The translations under genes and the position numbers were made by a program. Below are positions 13,734 to 26,927 of a DNA stretch of 64,000 bases, one piece after another; positions within the stretch are counted from its first letter, which is position 1, and each line of letters opens with the position of its first letter. Source of the DNA: Callorhinchus milii (lineage: Eukaryota); assembly GCF_018977255.1 (NCBI RefSeq), contig NW_024704743.1:4962001-5026000 (forward strand), in the 5' to 3' direction. The notes beneath the pieces are model-generated. The model saw nothing but the letters and a program-made list of their open reading frames with translations. It had not been told where the DNA came from and made no database searches.

Positions 13734-16700
13734 ATAATGTCTGATACAAGAGCTAGGAAAAGTCCGGGATAGAGCAGATTCAGCCTGGATTGTGCAAGAA
13801 CTTGCCTTGATGGATTGAATGATATTTTCTTCCATGCCTCCTCCAGGATCACATCTGAACTGTATCAACTGTTTCTAAAGACAAAATATAGTGCAACGTT
13901 TCATACCAGGGTCAATGTGATAACACTTCAAATCTCTCATTAAATGCTACACTTTTCACCATCAATTTACTTGAAAGCACGTACAGTATATGTATTTGTG
14001 CTTTAATGCACAAGAACCTGCATTGACTGATATTATATAATGATGACAACTTGCATTTATAAAGCGTCCTTCATTTAGATTGATGTCTCGGAGCGTTTGA
14101 ATAATACTGACATTGAGATGACTATATGGTTGGATGTGACTCAGAAAGACATGCCACTGTTAAATTCCTCCTACTATCTTCAAAATGCTCATATTTGGTG
14201 AAAATTGAAGCTGAACACTATCTAACCCACAAATATCACTCTTGTGTAAGAGCAGTCTACAAACACGCACAGCAGTGTCCCACAAAGAGTCGTTGATTGA
14301 GTGACCAAATTATTATTTTGTTGTAGGATTATTATCCCCAGAAAAGCGAGCCGCTAATTGACTAATAACCAAGTTACTACTTAATGCTAGGAAACGTAGG
14401 CATGTGAAGTAAGGAAACTTGCCCAACATATCACCCTGCCCGGGAATCGAAGCCAGGTCTCTTGCTTGCGAGGCGAGCACTCTGATCTCTGAGCTACAGG
14501 ACTCCACTATGGACTTAAGTGGAATACAGAAAGTAAACCTGAACAATACTTTCTGATACACCAAGAGAACAGGGTAAGACGTGGAAGGCGCTCTATAAAT
14601 GTAATTTTGTTGTTGTTGTAAGAGAGCACCGATTCCGAGTTATAAAGGACAAGTTTAGGAAGGGCAAACAGGAAATATTTCCCTTCACAGAGGGTAGTCA
14701 ATATCTGGATCATGTTACAAGGATGGGCGGTTGACCTCGGACTGATTGAAGAAACAGCTTGAGGCTGTAACGGGAAGAGGGTAGGGGTGGAATACTGGAA
14801 GGATGAGATCAAGTGTGGATGAAGTGCCTTCTTCAATCCAAATCTTTCACAATGCCATCACTCCAGATGACTTGAAAGGCCATTTCCCGACACCAAAGCA
14901 CTTAATAGATTCCTTAAATGTGTAACTTTTTGAGCAATCCAGTGGCATTTCAGAAACAAGTATAAACCTAGAGCAAGCTTAAAATATTTGATGCTACATT
15001 GGGAAAGCTCAATTTTATTATAATAATAAAATTTATGATAATAGTAATAAGAATCCTTGCATTGACTACAGCACCTTATCATGCTGTTGAGATGTCTCAA
15101 TCTGCTTCACAGGAAACTGTAATGTGGTATAACTGTTTTTGTGAGTGAAAGCAGCAGCCAATTTGCACACAGCAATGTCCCACAAACAACCATGAAGTGA
15201 GTATCCAATTTTATCTGAGGTGGTTGTTGCCCAGGACACCGGGATAAACTCCATTTTTGTTTTGAAAAATGCCATGGGATTTTTTAACGTCCACCTGAAC
15301 AGGCAGATGGGACCTTGGTTTAATGTCTCATCTGAAGGAGGATACTTTCAACAATGAAACACACCCTCATCACTGCATCGGTGTGTCAGACTTATTCTAA
15401 ACCAATTTTCTGATCTTGTGACTCTGTGATCTGGGATGGAGGCACGGAACCAGGCTTTAAGCACGTTAAGATGTCCTTTAGCAGGAAAGGCGCTAGGCAA
15501 ATGCAAATTGTCATCAGTGAGTTTTGGTGGAGAGGATGTCTCTTGAAGCCTGGATCTCACCTCAGGTTTGTGGCCGTGATGCCTTCTCTCCTCAGCTACT
15601 CCAGGACCCTATCCTGCCTCAAAGGCGCTATATAAATGCAAGTTATATGCAAGTAATAATCCCTCCAATAATCCCTCCAGCGCTTTTCACGTCTTCTAGA
15701 CATCCCTTTGAGATGTCTAGAAGACGTGAAAAGCGCTATATCAAATGCAAGGATTATTATTATTATAAGTTGTTATTCTACCCTACAGCAAGCTGGTAGA
15801 TCTAGGGTGAAGACATTGAACCGAGCACACTGTTGTGAATGTTCACGGATCTAAGTTGATATCTTGCAGCAGAAACCCTACCCTATATTCTGTGACTATA
15901 CTGCAAACCTTTTCCAATACAAAAAGTCTAATTTTCTCCTTTACCTGCATTTTTAAGAACGATAAATAATCTATCGGCGCACTTCAAACTGTTTGACAAT
16001 TTAACAACTTTGCCTGCACAAACATATTAAACATATTGGACTTCATCCTTCATTTCTTGGCATTTTCACCGTCACTTCCATTGAAGATATTTTATGCCGA
16101 GAGAAGAAAATAATTACGAGCCTGTGGTGTGCCAACTGAAAGACAAAGTGAAGGCCATTCTGTAAACAGGGCACAGAAAGTCCCATTGAAGGCTTGTGTG
16201 GATCAGTATCTTCATCAATCCTAGTTACATTTTGATTTGCAATGTGTATACAATGGCACACTGGCTTTCTTCAGGCAAATTGTTGATTTACAAGAACTGC
16301 CTCCAGGAAGGGCATATGAACACTTCGTGATGATTTGCGGTGTAAACCACCTAACCTTGCAAAGATTTCTTCGTGGCTGGAGGATTGACTAACTCCCACG
16401 GAGAATTGCTAAGGTGCAAGTTTCCTAACATGGAGGTTATGGAATACCTCAAAATCAGACACGTGGGATTGGGAACCATCCTGTGATGGTTTATATGGCA
16501 AAGGTACTGCCCTGATCTCCCCAAATGAGTTGCTTGATAAACCCACTGCCAAGTATGAAAGTAAGCCATACACACTGGGAAAATCCCAGGTTAGATTTGT
16601 GCAGTATTAACTCATCTCAAGGAAATCACAAGTAAATTATAATTTTGCCCACGTCCTGGCCTCAACCACTTTTCTTGGCAACTTTTTCCAGTCGTCAGTT

Positions 16701-17014
16701 ATCAACCAAGGAAACATAATCTTCCTGAAATTGTCTGCCCTAAAATTGCCTTTTGCAACTCGAATCCTCTAACAATATAACTCTGTCTCTGTGAAAAGTG
16801 CTATTTAAGTTTATTTAAGTTTATATTGTGTTTGTTTCCTGAATATTGTTCTTAAATTGTATGTTATTTTACATCTGGAGACACTTTAGGCAGGTTTGTT
16901 GGTTTGTGATTTTAATTGGAAAAAATTGTTTTTCAGGCGGTTTTCCAATTTTCTCCAAATATTATTGTTTCGAAATACAAAATTGGCCGACCACTGAGTC
17001 ATAATGGACATTTT

Positions 17015-17800
17015 ACAACAACAACAACAAAAAAATTACATTTATAGAGCACCTTTCACGTCGGGAGGACGTCCCAAAGCGCTGAACAGTCAGGTGTCGG
17101 GGCCCAAGCATGGGAGAGGGGTGGTGTAGGGGTGAGGGAAGGCAGAGAGGTGGGAAGGAGACCAAAGGCACGGTCGAAGCGAAGGGTCTTGAGACTGGCC
17201 TTGAAGGAGGCGAGGGAGGAAGCGAGGCGAAGGGACTGTGAGATGGAGTTCCAGAGTGTGGGGGAAGAGAGGCAGAAAGCCCGGCCACCGATGGTTAGGG
17301 CGGGTCGGGCGGGAGACATGGAACAGGCCAGAGCCCGATGAATGGAGGGAGTCAGCAGGTCAGAGAGGTAGGAGGGGGCAAGGCCATGGATGGCCTTAAA
17401 GGTGAGGACGAGGATCTTGAACTCGATCCTCTGGGGGATGGGGAGCCAGTGGAGTCAGGCGAGGGTGGGAGTGATGGGGTCACGGAGCCTGGTGCGTGAG
17501 AGTACACGAGCTGCAGAGTTTTGGATGATCTGCAGCTTGTGAAGGGAAGAGGTGGGAAGGCCAATGAGGAGGGAGTTCCCGTAATCGAGCCTTGATGTGA
17601 CGAAAGTGTGGGTGAGGGTTTCGGCAGCCCGAGGGGTGAGGCAGTGGTGGAGTCTGGCAATGTTGCGGAGGTGGTGGTAGGCAGTGCTGGTCATGGCGTT
17701 GGATGTGGGGGAGAAAGGACAGTTCAGGGTCAAACAAGATACCCAGGTTCCTGACTGGCTTAGTGAGGTTGAGTGTGCAGCCATGGAGGCTGATGCTGCC
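17015..17800 (-). mobile_element. L2 LINE 3' fragment
   Basis: Peptide HLRNIARL...FVTSRLDYGNSLLIGLP...LQIIQNSAARVL, with the same tail and (TTG)n end as the 1601-2844 copy. Confidence 0.93.
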
Positions 17801-19711
17801 AGCCCCTCCGCCCAAACACACATCTGTGGCAACCTCACGCAATACAAGACTCCAAACAAAGTCTGACTGGCATTTAGAGGAGCACCTCATTACTTCTATA
17901 GAATCATAGAAATTTACAGGATAGAAGAAGTCTATTCAGTCCATCGTGTCTGGGCTGGGAGTCCTAAGAGAAAACCTTTCAGTCCCATTTACCTACCCTT
18001 TCCCCAGATCCCTGTAGTTTGCTTCTTTTTAATATTTAATGCGGATTCTACCTCAAGCACCGCGAACGAAAAGACCAAACCCAACTCAGGCTTCCCTTCC
18101 ACAAGAGAAAAATAAATGTTAAGTATCAACGGAGATAGACAGGACATAAAAGGGAAATAAAAGTTTGCGAACTGAAAATCTTTCTAATTGTTTCTATGAG
18201 TTGTCAGCTTGACTCAGCGGGTAGCTCGCTCATCGATGAGTCAGAAGAATGTGCGAAACAAGCCTCCATCTCGACACTTTGAACTCGCACCCTCATCTGA
18301 CACTGCAATGCAGCGCTGGAGGCTTGGGGCTGGGTTGGTGGAGCTGTCCTTCAGATGAGATGTTAAACCATCTGTTCTGTCTATCTGTTCAGGTTTGAGA
18401 TGTTTCAGTGTGATATGGCGTCAACACAAATAACATAATAATAACCCGTGCTTTTGATATAGGGCCTTGTCATGTTGTCAAGACATCTCCAAAGCGTGTC
18501 ACAAGTTTCCTGTGTATTTTGTATGCAAACAGGGCAGCCAATTTGCCTAGAGCAATGTCCCACAAACAGCCTTGAAGTGTAGTGGTTAATTTTACCTGGG
18601 GGATTGTTGAGCAAAACACCAGGAGAAACTCCCTTCTCTTTTCAAATTGTGCCCTGGGATCTTTAATTTTCACCCACAAAATACACAGTCAATATACAAT
18701 ACACTTTACAATATATTCTGCGAAATACTTTGAGGTGTCTCAATGCCGTGATAAGGTGCTATATCAAACGCTACGATTATTTATTATTATTTAACGTCAT
18801 CCTGAACAAGCAGACACCCTCTTTTTTTAACGTCTCACCTGGTGGATGGTGCCACCTGCAAAGCATTATTACGATTGTTTGATTTGTAAATAGGAATCCT
18901 GATTGGAGACTAAGTGGTGCAATGGTTCTGGTTCTGGTTCCGGTTAGATTTCGGCATGAAATAAGTATGAGACATCTGAGCCGAGTGGGTGTGAACCTAC
19001 TATGACTGTATGAGCAGCAATCTTAGCTTGAAAGAGGGTAAGGTTTCCTGCTGTGAGATGCTAAGGCATTATTCAACAATCCGTCAGACAAAAAAGTCAT
19101 TGACTTTGTGACTGCTTGAGGGGCATTGCTGTGCACAAATTGACTGCTGCCGTTATACAAAATACACAGTGATCGCTTTGAGACGTCCTCCCGACGTGAA
19201 AGGTACTGTACGAAATGCAAGGATTATTATTGTGATGGTATTCAACAATTTGTCAAATTCTGGATAATAATAATAATCCTTGTATTTGATATAGCGTCTT
19301 ACCACATTGTCAAGGCATCTCAAAGCGCTTCACAGAATACACTGTAAAGTGAGTTGACTGCGTAATTTGTGGGCGGAGCATGGAAGCAAATTGCGCACGG
19401 CAGCATCCCACAAATAATCGTGGATTGAGTGACCAAATTGCCTTTTTTTAAGGAACTCTGTATAATTCCTTGTGATTCTGTATTTTATTTACCATTATGC
19501 CCGAACCTCTGGTACTCCCTGCCTCAATTCCTCCGCCTTTCACCCTCTTTATTTGTCTTCAAATCTGAAGACTTTCCTCTTCGACTACACCCATGGTCAC
19601 CTCTGCTTTCTCCTTGGCTCAGCGACAAACTCCGCCATTGTTCATAAGAACACAAGAATTTGCTGGGAAAAAGAAGACCAAGGTCCATCTAGTTCACCTT
19701 CCACCACCCTG

Positions 19712-20235
19712 TGAAATCCTATACGTTAGTGGTTAGAGCATTCACCTCGCAAGCAAGAGGATTTGGGTTCGATTGTCAGGCAGAGCAAAATGTTGGGCAA
19801 GTTTCTTTACTCCATACGCCTGTTTACCAAGTAGTAAGTAGGAACCCGGTTGTTAGTCGATTGGCGGATCGCTTTTCCAGGGGTAATAATCCCTTCAAAA
19901 AATAATGATAAATTGGTCACTTCAATCCACGACTGTTTGTGGAACGCTGCTGTGTACAATTGGTTGCCACGTTTCGCCCACAAAATATACAGTAAATTCT
20001 GTCTGGAAGCCGTTGCAAAACCCTCCTCTTCGACTGAGCTTTTGGCCACCCTCCTATCCTCCCAGCCCTCCACCCTCCCCGATTCCGACCCCCAGCTCAG
20101 GTCCAAATCCCTGACTGTCCAGCACATTGGGACGTCCTCCCGACTTGAAAGGCGCTATACAAATGTAATCTTGTATTGTATATCAAATGCAAGAATTATT
20201 ATTATTATTGTTATTATTATTACTATTATTATTAT
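19712..20235 (+). mobile_element. tRNA-derived SINE, long subfamily, interrupted by an L2 3' fragment (~20004-20178)
   Basis: The SINE breaks after cagtaaattctgt and resumes at tatatcaaatgcaag. Confidence 0.85.
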
Positions 20236-21483
20236 TAACCTGGCACTCATGCAAGTTGTTGTTGTTGTTCTATGTCAAATGTATTTACTTGTGTCTGTTG
20301 GTGGATAGTCACCACTTGCGATCTTTGATATTGATATTTTAGAGTACTTTAGCCAGAACTGAACTGTCTGTCACTGGAGCTGTGCTTCGTTTAAATTAAC
20401 GACTTTAATTATAATTCAGGCAGAAATCAATTGGAAAATCCAATTGATGCACAAACGGAAAGATCACCACCGGGTATGAGAGGAAAATGTGCACGAGGGA
20501 AAAGAGGCATTCGAAGAGTCAGTGTTCAAATTCCTCCCTACTCTTCGTCCCCTCCCTACTTCTGTGACCTCCTGCCACCCCACCACCCTGGCACTCCCAT
20601 TGCTTGGCACAGGGTGGTTCGCCCACAAAATACGCAGTCAACTCACTTTGCAGTATATTCTGTGTTGCCTTTGAGACGTCCCAATGACGTGATAAGGCGC
20701 CGTATCGGATGCAAGGATTATTATTATCATAATTATTATTATTAAAAAAATGCAAAATGCAAGTTGTTGTTGTGATTATTATCATCACACTGGTCTATTT
20801 CATGTCCCCGACACAAGCTTTCAATCAATTTGCCCCACCAGGTGGAACTCCATGTGCCTCAACCCTCCCTCCCCACCATCATTCTCTTTCCCCCTCCCCC
20901 ACCGCTAACCTCCTCAGTTCCTCGGACCGCTAGCTCAAGCTCAGGCTTCTTGTGTCCCTTCTTCAGGCCTCAGGCTTTGAGACTCCGGGTTTGGGACACA
21001 TAACCTTAAGCACATCCCTGCTCAAAATAATGGGAAACCATATCAACTGGACGAACCTCATTCATCTGCGTAGCCACCTCCTCACAGCCAGAAAGGATCA
21101 TATGTGAAACAGTGGTTATCTTTAACCAGATTCAAGTGTGTTTGAGGCATCGTTGGCCAGGACACTGGGAGAAACTCCCTTCTCTTTTCCAAAAGTGCCA
21201 GGGAATTGTTAACGTCCACCTGAACAGGCAGATAAGACGTCGTTTACACTTCTTACCTAAAAGAAGGCACCTCTGACAATGCAACACCCCACCACTGGAG
21301 TCCTAGCCTGTTACAACAACAACGACAACTTTCATTCATATAGAACCCGTCACATGGCTCAGTTGGTAGCCCTCTCATCTCTGTGTTTGTGGGGTCAAGC
21401 TCCACCTTGGCACTTTGAAAAGAGAAGGGAGTTTCTTCTAGTGTCCATCCTGCAAATAAAATCAGTCATTCACTTCATAATGT

Positions 21484-21931
21484 TAATAATCCTTGCATTT
21501 GATATAGCGCCTTATCACATTTGTTGAAATGCCTCAATGTGCTTCATAGAATATATTGTAACTTGAATTGAATGCATATTTTGTGGCCAAAACATGGTAT
21601 CCAATTGCGCACATCCTAAACAGTGTCCCATAAACAGTTGTGGGTTGAGTGACCACATTTCTTTTTCAGGGATTATTATCCCCAGAAAGCGACCCGCCAA
21701 TAGGCTAACAACCGGGTTCCTATTTACTGCTCGGTAAACAGAGGAGTGTGGAGTAAGGAAACTTGCCTAAGGTTTCGCCCTGCCCGGGAATCGAACCTGG
21801 ATCCTCTTGCTTTTGCAAGATACCATGTTTTGGCTACAAAATATGCATTCAATTGTCTGAAAGGATCAAAGACTTGATTCTGGGTCTGGTTCAGAAGCGC
21901 TAGTGGTTAGTGCTCTAACCACTGCGCTACA
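21484..21931 (-). mobile_element. tRNA-derived SINE, long subfamily, with a ~90-bp templated insertion in its head
   Basis: The consensus is interrupted between ggatcctcttgctt and tgctctaaccactgcgctaca. Confidence 0.85.
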
Positions 21932-22824
21932 CACACCATGGCTACTTGTGGGACATTGCTGAATGCAAATTGGCCCTCGCAGTACAGAGTCAGTACATCC
22001 TGTGAAGCACTTTGAGACGTCCATCTGACTTGAAATGTGTTAGATCAAATGCAAGGATTATCAACTGTTGCTTCTTAGCGCTTCTGAACCAGACCCAGAA
22101 TCAAGTCTTTGTTCCTTTCAGACAATAAGTAAGGATTCTAGTGGCTCAATTGGTGAGATTTTACCATGTTTCAGTAGAATATTTTGTGCGTCAGTGGATT
22201 TGTGTGTCAGGAGTTTTAAGCCTTCTTTGTGACATGGAACTGGAAAGGTATTGAAGTTGGAATTACTGTGGATCTCAGTACAGAATTTATGATCAGTTGA
22301 TAAAGTCACAGGCTGCACAATTGCTTCAACCCCATCACTTGTCTACGTAAAGAAAGATTTGAGTCATTGCAAACACTGGGTTCTCTTACAGACTTATTAC
22401 AACCTGACCTTTTTTCAAACAATCTGAAATAAGTTTGTTTGAAGGATGCAGCAATTAAATAAACACAGTCAGTGATAACAGGCAGAGCACAAAGAAAGGC
22501 AAACAAGGAAAAATGAACTGCCTCATGATCTGCCTAACAGCGAAAGTTTTGGCTAATTCAAAGCAAGGCACTTGTTTCTTTACCAGTCGGGTGTCTGACA
22601 CATGCGGAAACCCATCACCGCACTCAAGAGTATCCAAACCAGACTGAGAATTCTGCACATGTACTCCACCTACACACGGAAATTTCCATTTGTGTGGAAT
22701 GGAATGCGTACTCTCTCCCTGGACGGATGCATCCTGCTTACCTAATTTCGGGGAGCATCAGGCACGGGGTGGCAAGAGGCTCAGAGGCCCCCATTGGAGT
22801 TAGTGGCAAACAAGGAAAACTTGT

Positions 22825-23131
22825 GGAGTCCTTAGCTCAGTGGTTAGAGCGCTTGCCTCAGAAGAGAGAGACCTGGGTTTGATTCCTGGCAAGGCAAGTT
22901 TCCTTACTCCACACGCCTAATAATAATCCCTCAAGAAAAAAAAACAATAATAAATTGGTCACTTCAATTCACGACTGTTTGTGGGACGCTGCTGTGCGCA
23001 ATTGGCTGCCGCGTTTCGTCCACAAATATACAGTCAATTCACTGTACAGTGTATTCTGTGAAGCGCTTTGAGACGTCTAGAAGACCTGAAAAGCGCTGTA
23101 TCAAATGCAAGGATTATTATTATTATTATTA
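22825..23131 (+). mobile_element. tRNA-derived SINE, short subfamily
   Basis: Head, core and tail are all present; junction ccacacgcc-taataataatccctc. Confidence 0.9.
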
Positions 23132-23504
23132 CTACTAAATTTTCATTTTGATTCATAATGGAAAGAAAAATAATGGTGCACAAAAGAGAAACACAAATGT
23201 TTTTCTTTTATGCACCATTATTTTGACAAAGGGTCATGAACCGGAATCCTTTCTCTATAGATGCTGCTGAGTGTTCCCAGCGACTTCTGTTTGTATTTCA
23301 GGTTTCCAGCATCTGCGGTATTTTGCCTTTTTTTCCCCCCCTAATATTCCAGTATAGAAATGCTGGTAATCTGCTGCCCCTTTATCAGCGTCTGAAAGAG
23401 AAATAATTTTAATGTTTCAGGCATAACCCCATTTAAATGGCATATGCTATGCCGAACCAATCAAGCTGGCAATCTGTTCTCACAAATGTGAGAGGTGGCA
23501 GGTG

Positions 23505-23942
23505 GCTCGGTTGGCAGCATTCTCACCTCCGAGTCAGATGGTTTGTGGGTTTAATTCTCAGCTCGGGATTTTGAGCTCACATAACGTAGGCTGACTCTCC
23601 AGCCAAGTGCTGAGGGAAAGCTGCATTGTCAGAGGCAATGTCCTTCAGATGAGCAGTTAAACCGAGAAGCCCTATCTGCCTGTTCAGATGTACGTGAAAA
23701 GGATTACTATGTTAAAGAGGAAGGAGTTTCTCCTGGTGTCCTGGCCAACAATCCCCCAAATAAAACTGGTCATTCACTTTATGGCTGCTTGCGGGACATT
23801 GCTGTGCGTAAATTGGCTGCTGCATTCGCCCGTAAAATACAAATATAGTCACTGCACTTTATAGTAAATCCTGTGAAGCACTTTGAGACGTCTCGACAAT
23901 ACATTAAGGTGCCTTATCAAATGCAAGGATTATTTATTATTA
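23505..23942 (+). mobile_element. Deu-domain SINE, near full length
   Basis: Same head and Deu core. The 3' tail is shared with the CORE-like SINE and L2. Confidence 0.8.
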
Positions 23943-24529
23943 TAACCGGCATCTCTATATAGAAGACTGAACGACTCTCATTATCTCCTACAGATCATGT
24001 CTCTTTCCACCGCCATGCTCTTGTGACAGAGAAGAAGTTCAGTTCTGCAAGTCTCTCCTCATAACGTGGAGCTTCAAGCCCTTGAATCAGCCTTGCTGCT
24101 CTTTCTCTCTCATCTCTCCTGGTATAATATTTCATAAAATGCAAAATGTATCTGTTAGAGATAGGACTTGGGCTCACTTCGCATTGTTAAGAATATGTGA
24201 TTTTTTTGTAATATGAGGGAAGGTAAAAATATTAGCAGTTTGGTGTTGTGCCATAGACCTGCCAGCAGCAGAGACATCAATGTGACCTGTTTCAAGTCTC
24301 ACCTCCCTGCATGCCAGAAGGAGAGAGTGAGTCACACAGTTTTTTTTTGAGCTGTAAAGAAGTCACTTAACTTTTAAACGCCGCTGCATATAAGGTACCC
24401 AATGGAACAAGTAATTTACCAAATACAAAATACATTGTTTAGTGGCCCCCGGCCATTTATTTCCAGGAGATGAAGGTGAAGGCTCATTTCAGAACAGGCG
24501 GTAATGTTGCCGCAACTATATGTTAAGGT

Positions 24530-24890
24530 GGAGTCCTGTAGCGTATTGTTTAGAGAGCTCGCCTCGCAAGCGAGAGGACCCAGGTTTGATTCCCGGGCAG
24601 ATTGAAACACTAGGTAAATTTTATTACTCTATGCACCAACGTTTACCTAGCAGTAAGTAAGAACCCGGTTGTTAGTCGATTGGCAGATCGCTTTCTGTTC
24701 CAAAAAAAAATAATAATGATAATAATAAGTTGGTCACTCAATCCACAACTGTTTGTGGGACACTGCTGTGCGCAATTGGCTGCCGTGTGTTGCCCCCCAA
24801 AATATACAGTCAATCCAATTGTGTGAAGCGCTTTGAGACGTCTCAACGACGTGATAAGGCGCTATATCAAATGCAAGGATTATTATTAAT
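24530..24890 (+). mobile_element. tRNA-derived SINE, long subfamily
   Basis: Full-length match to the other copies. Confidence 0.9.
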
Positions 24891-26621
24891 ATAACTACTA
24901 CACCCGGTGTGCACATGGTTGATGATTGGCAAATACATTTATAAAGCGCCTTTCACAAGGGTAGATCTCGGAGCGCTTTCGAAAGTTCACATACAGATAA
25001 ATTCGAAGTTCAATACAGATGAATACAAGGTGCTCCAAATGGAAAGTAAGAACAGGAGGCAGTGAAGACTGAAAGGCTTCCTTCATTTGAAACGTCCTTG
25101 TGATCTTGTGAGTTTCTAAAACAATAAATCAGTAGAGGGGCAGGGAAAGAGAGACCCAAACAGAGACACATTTTGAGATGATGAAATTTTGCTTCCAATT
25201 CTATTTTATATTGGCACAAACCTCAGCAAACAACCAACCCCTATTAATTACAGAGCAGTCTCGGGATGAGCGCTTTTATTATTCAAGGCACTTTGTATCG
25301 ATTGCTTCCACATTGCAAATTGTGCTTCGTGTTGCAAACCGAGAAACATGAATTTGCTCTGCAACAAAGTGAATAAACTATAAAAACTGAATAACACGAA
25401 ATCGAGAGCATTTAGAAGTGAACGTCTGGATCCAAGGTGACATGTTTGGCAATGGGATGTCAGAATAAAGCCAGCCCTCTGTGGAGCTCTCAGTAATCCG
25501 GTTCCTGAGCCAGGCAGTATTCCAGGGCACTGCTGATGACAGTGTAGTCCAGCCTGGATTATCGGCAGGAGCTGGAAAGTCAGACCAGTCACTGGGCGCA
25601 GGGAATCCTCCCACTCGGCTCCGTTAACCCTGCAAACCAATGCCCTAGGATGGTCCTAGGGAACAAGCAGCAGCGAAGCTTGCCAGACAGTGTTATAAAC
25701 GGCAAGCTACGAATGTTAGCTGGTTAGACTCCAGCAGTTACCCCAGCGCACACTCTGGGGTCCCCAAGCCTTGGCTCTTGCCAACCTGCGCCTAATACTT
25801 TCAGGAATGAGGTAAACAGGATGTGTCCCTCCAGGGAGAGAGAGCGTGCATACCATTACTCTTAAGCATGGTGATAGGTTTCCAAATGTGTCAGACACCT
25901 GGCTGACCAAACAAAACTCCCAAATACATGGGCCATTTACTCCGTGGCTGGTGGGGACGTTGCTGTGTGCAAATTGGCTGCCTCGTTTCGCCCACAATAT
26001 AACAACACATTACATTTGTATAGCACCTATATCATGTCTCCCATCCTTCATCCCCTCCACAGCCCCCCGCCCCCCCACCACCCCATCAGCTCCCACCCCC
26101 AGCTCGGGTGTCCGTCTTGATAAGGCGCTATATCAAATGCACTTTGGGACATCCTCCTGATGTGAAAATGGCTGTGTAAATGGAAACTGTGTTGTATTTT
26201 TGTATGACTGCTCTCAAATGCTGGATTTTCCACAAAAAAAAATCCCCTTTATGTTTCATGTTGTGTAGCACGCACTTAGCTTTCCACCGTTGCTGTCTGA
26301 CAGATTGCAAGGATGAAACGTGATGCAGTCACCCTGCAAAAATGTTGGTGCCCCAGCAAGGAGGAGACTAACCATTCGATGAAATGGCTTTATTGCTGTA
26401 ACTGTTCAACTGGCTGGATAGATGGTGCTTGGGAGATTAAAGAACACCTAATAAAATCGTGGTTTAAGGCATTGCACTGGATCTTACTCATAGAGACAAG
26501 GAGGTGTTTCAGTCAAGCGTGTCAGTTGCAAAGAACACATTTGTAATATTGAAACGCAGACAAAGAAGTTTGGACAGACAGACAAATAGACGGACAGACA
26601 CGCAGTTAGTTAGTTAGTCCT

Positions 26622-26927
26622 GGAGTCCTGTAGCTTAGTGGTTAGACCACTTGACTCGAAAGCGAGAGACCTGGGTTCGATTCCTGGCAGAGCGAAACCT
26701 TGGCCAAGTATCCTTACCCCACACGACTGATAATAATCCCTCAAGGAAGTAAATAAAATAACAATTTGGTCACTCAATCCATGACTGTTTGTGGGACTCC
26801 ACTGTGCGCAATTGGCTGCCTGCAAATATACAGTCAATTCACTTTACAGCATATTTTGTGAAGAGCTTTGAGACATCTAGAAGAGGTGAAAAGTGCCATA
26901 TCAAATGCAAGGATTATTATTATTATA
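26622..26927 (+). mobile_element. tRNA-derived SINE, short subfamily
   Basis: Full-length match to the other copies. Confidence 0.9.

Noticed and set aside
16043..16340. Unique sequence that looked exon-like
   Set aside because: The frames I read have stops or no recognisable homology, and there is no convincing splice-site pair.
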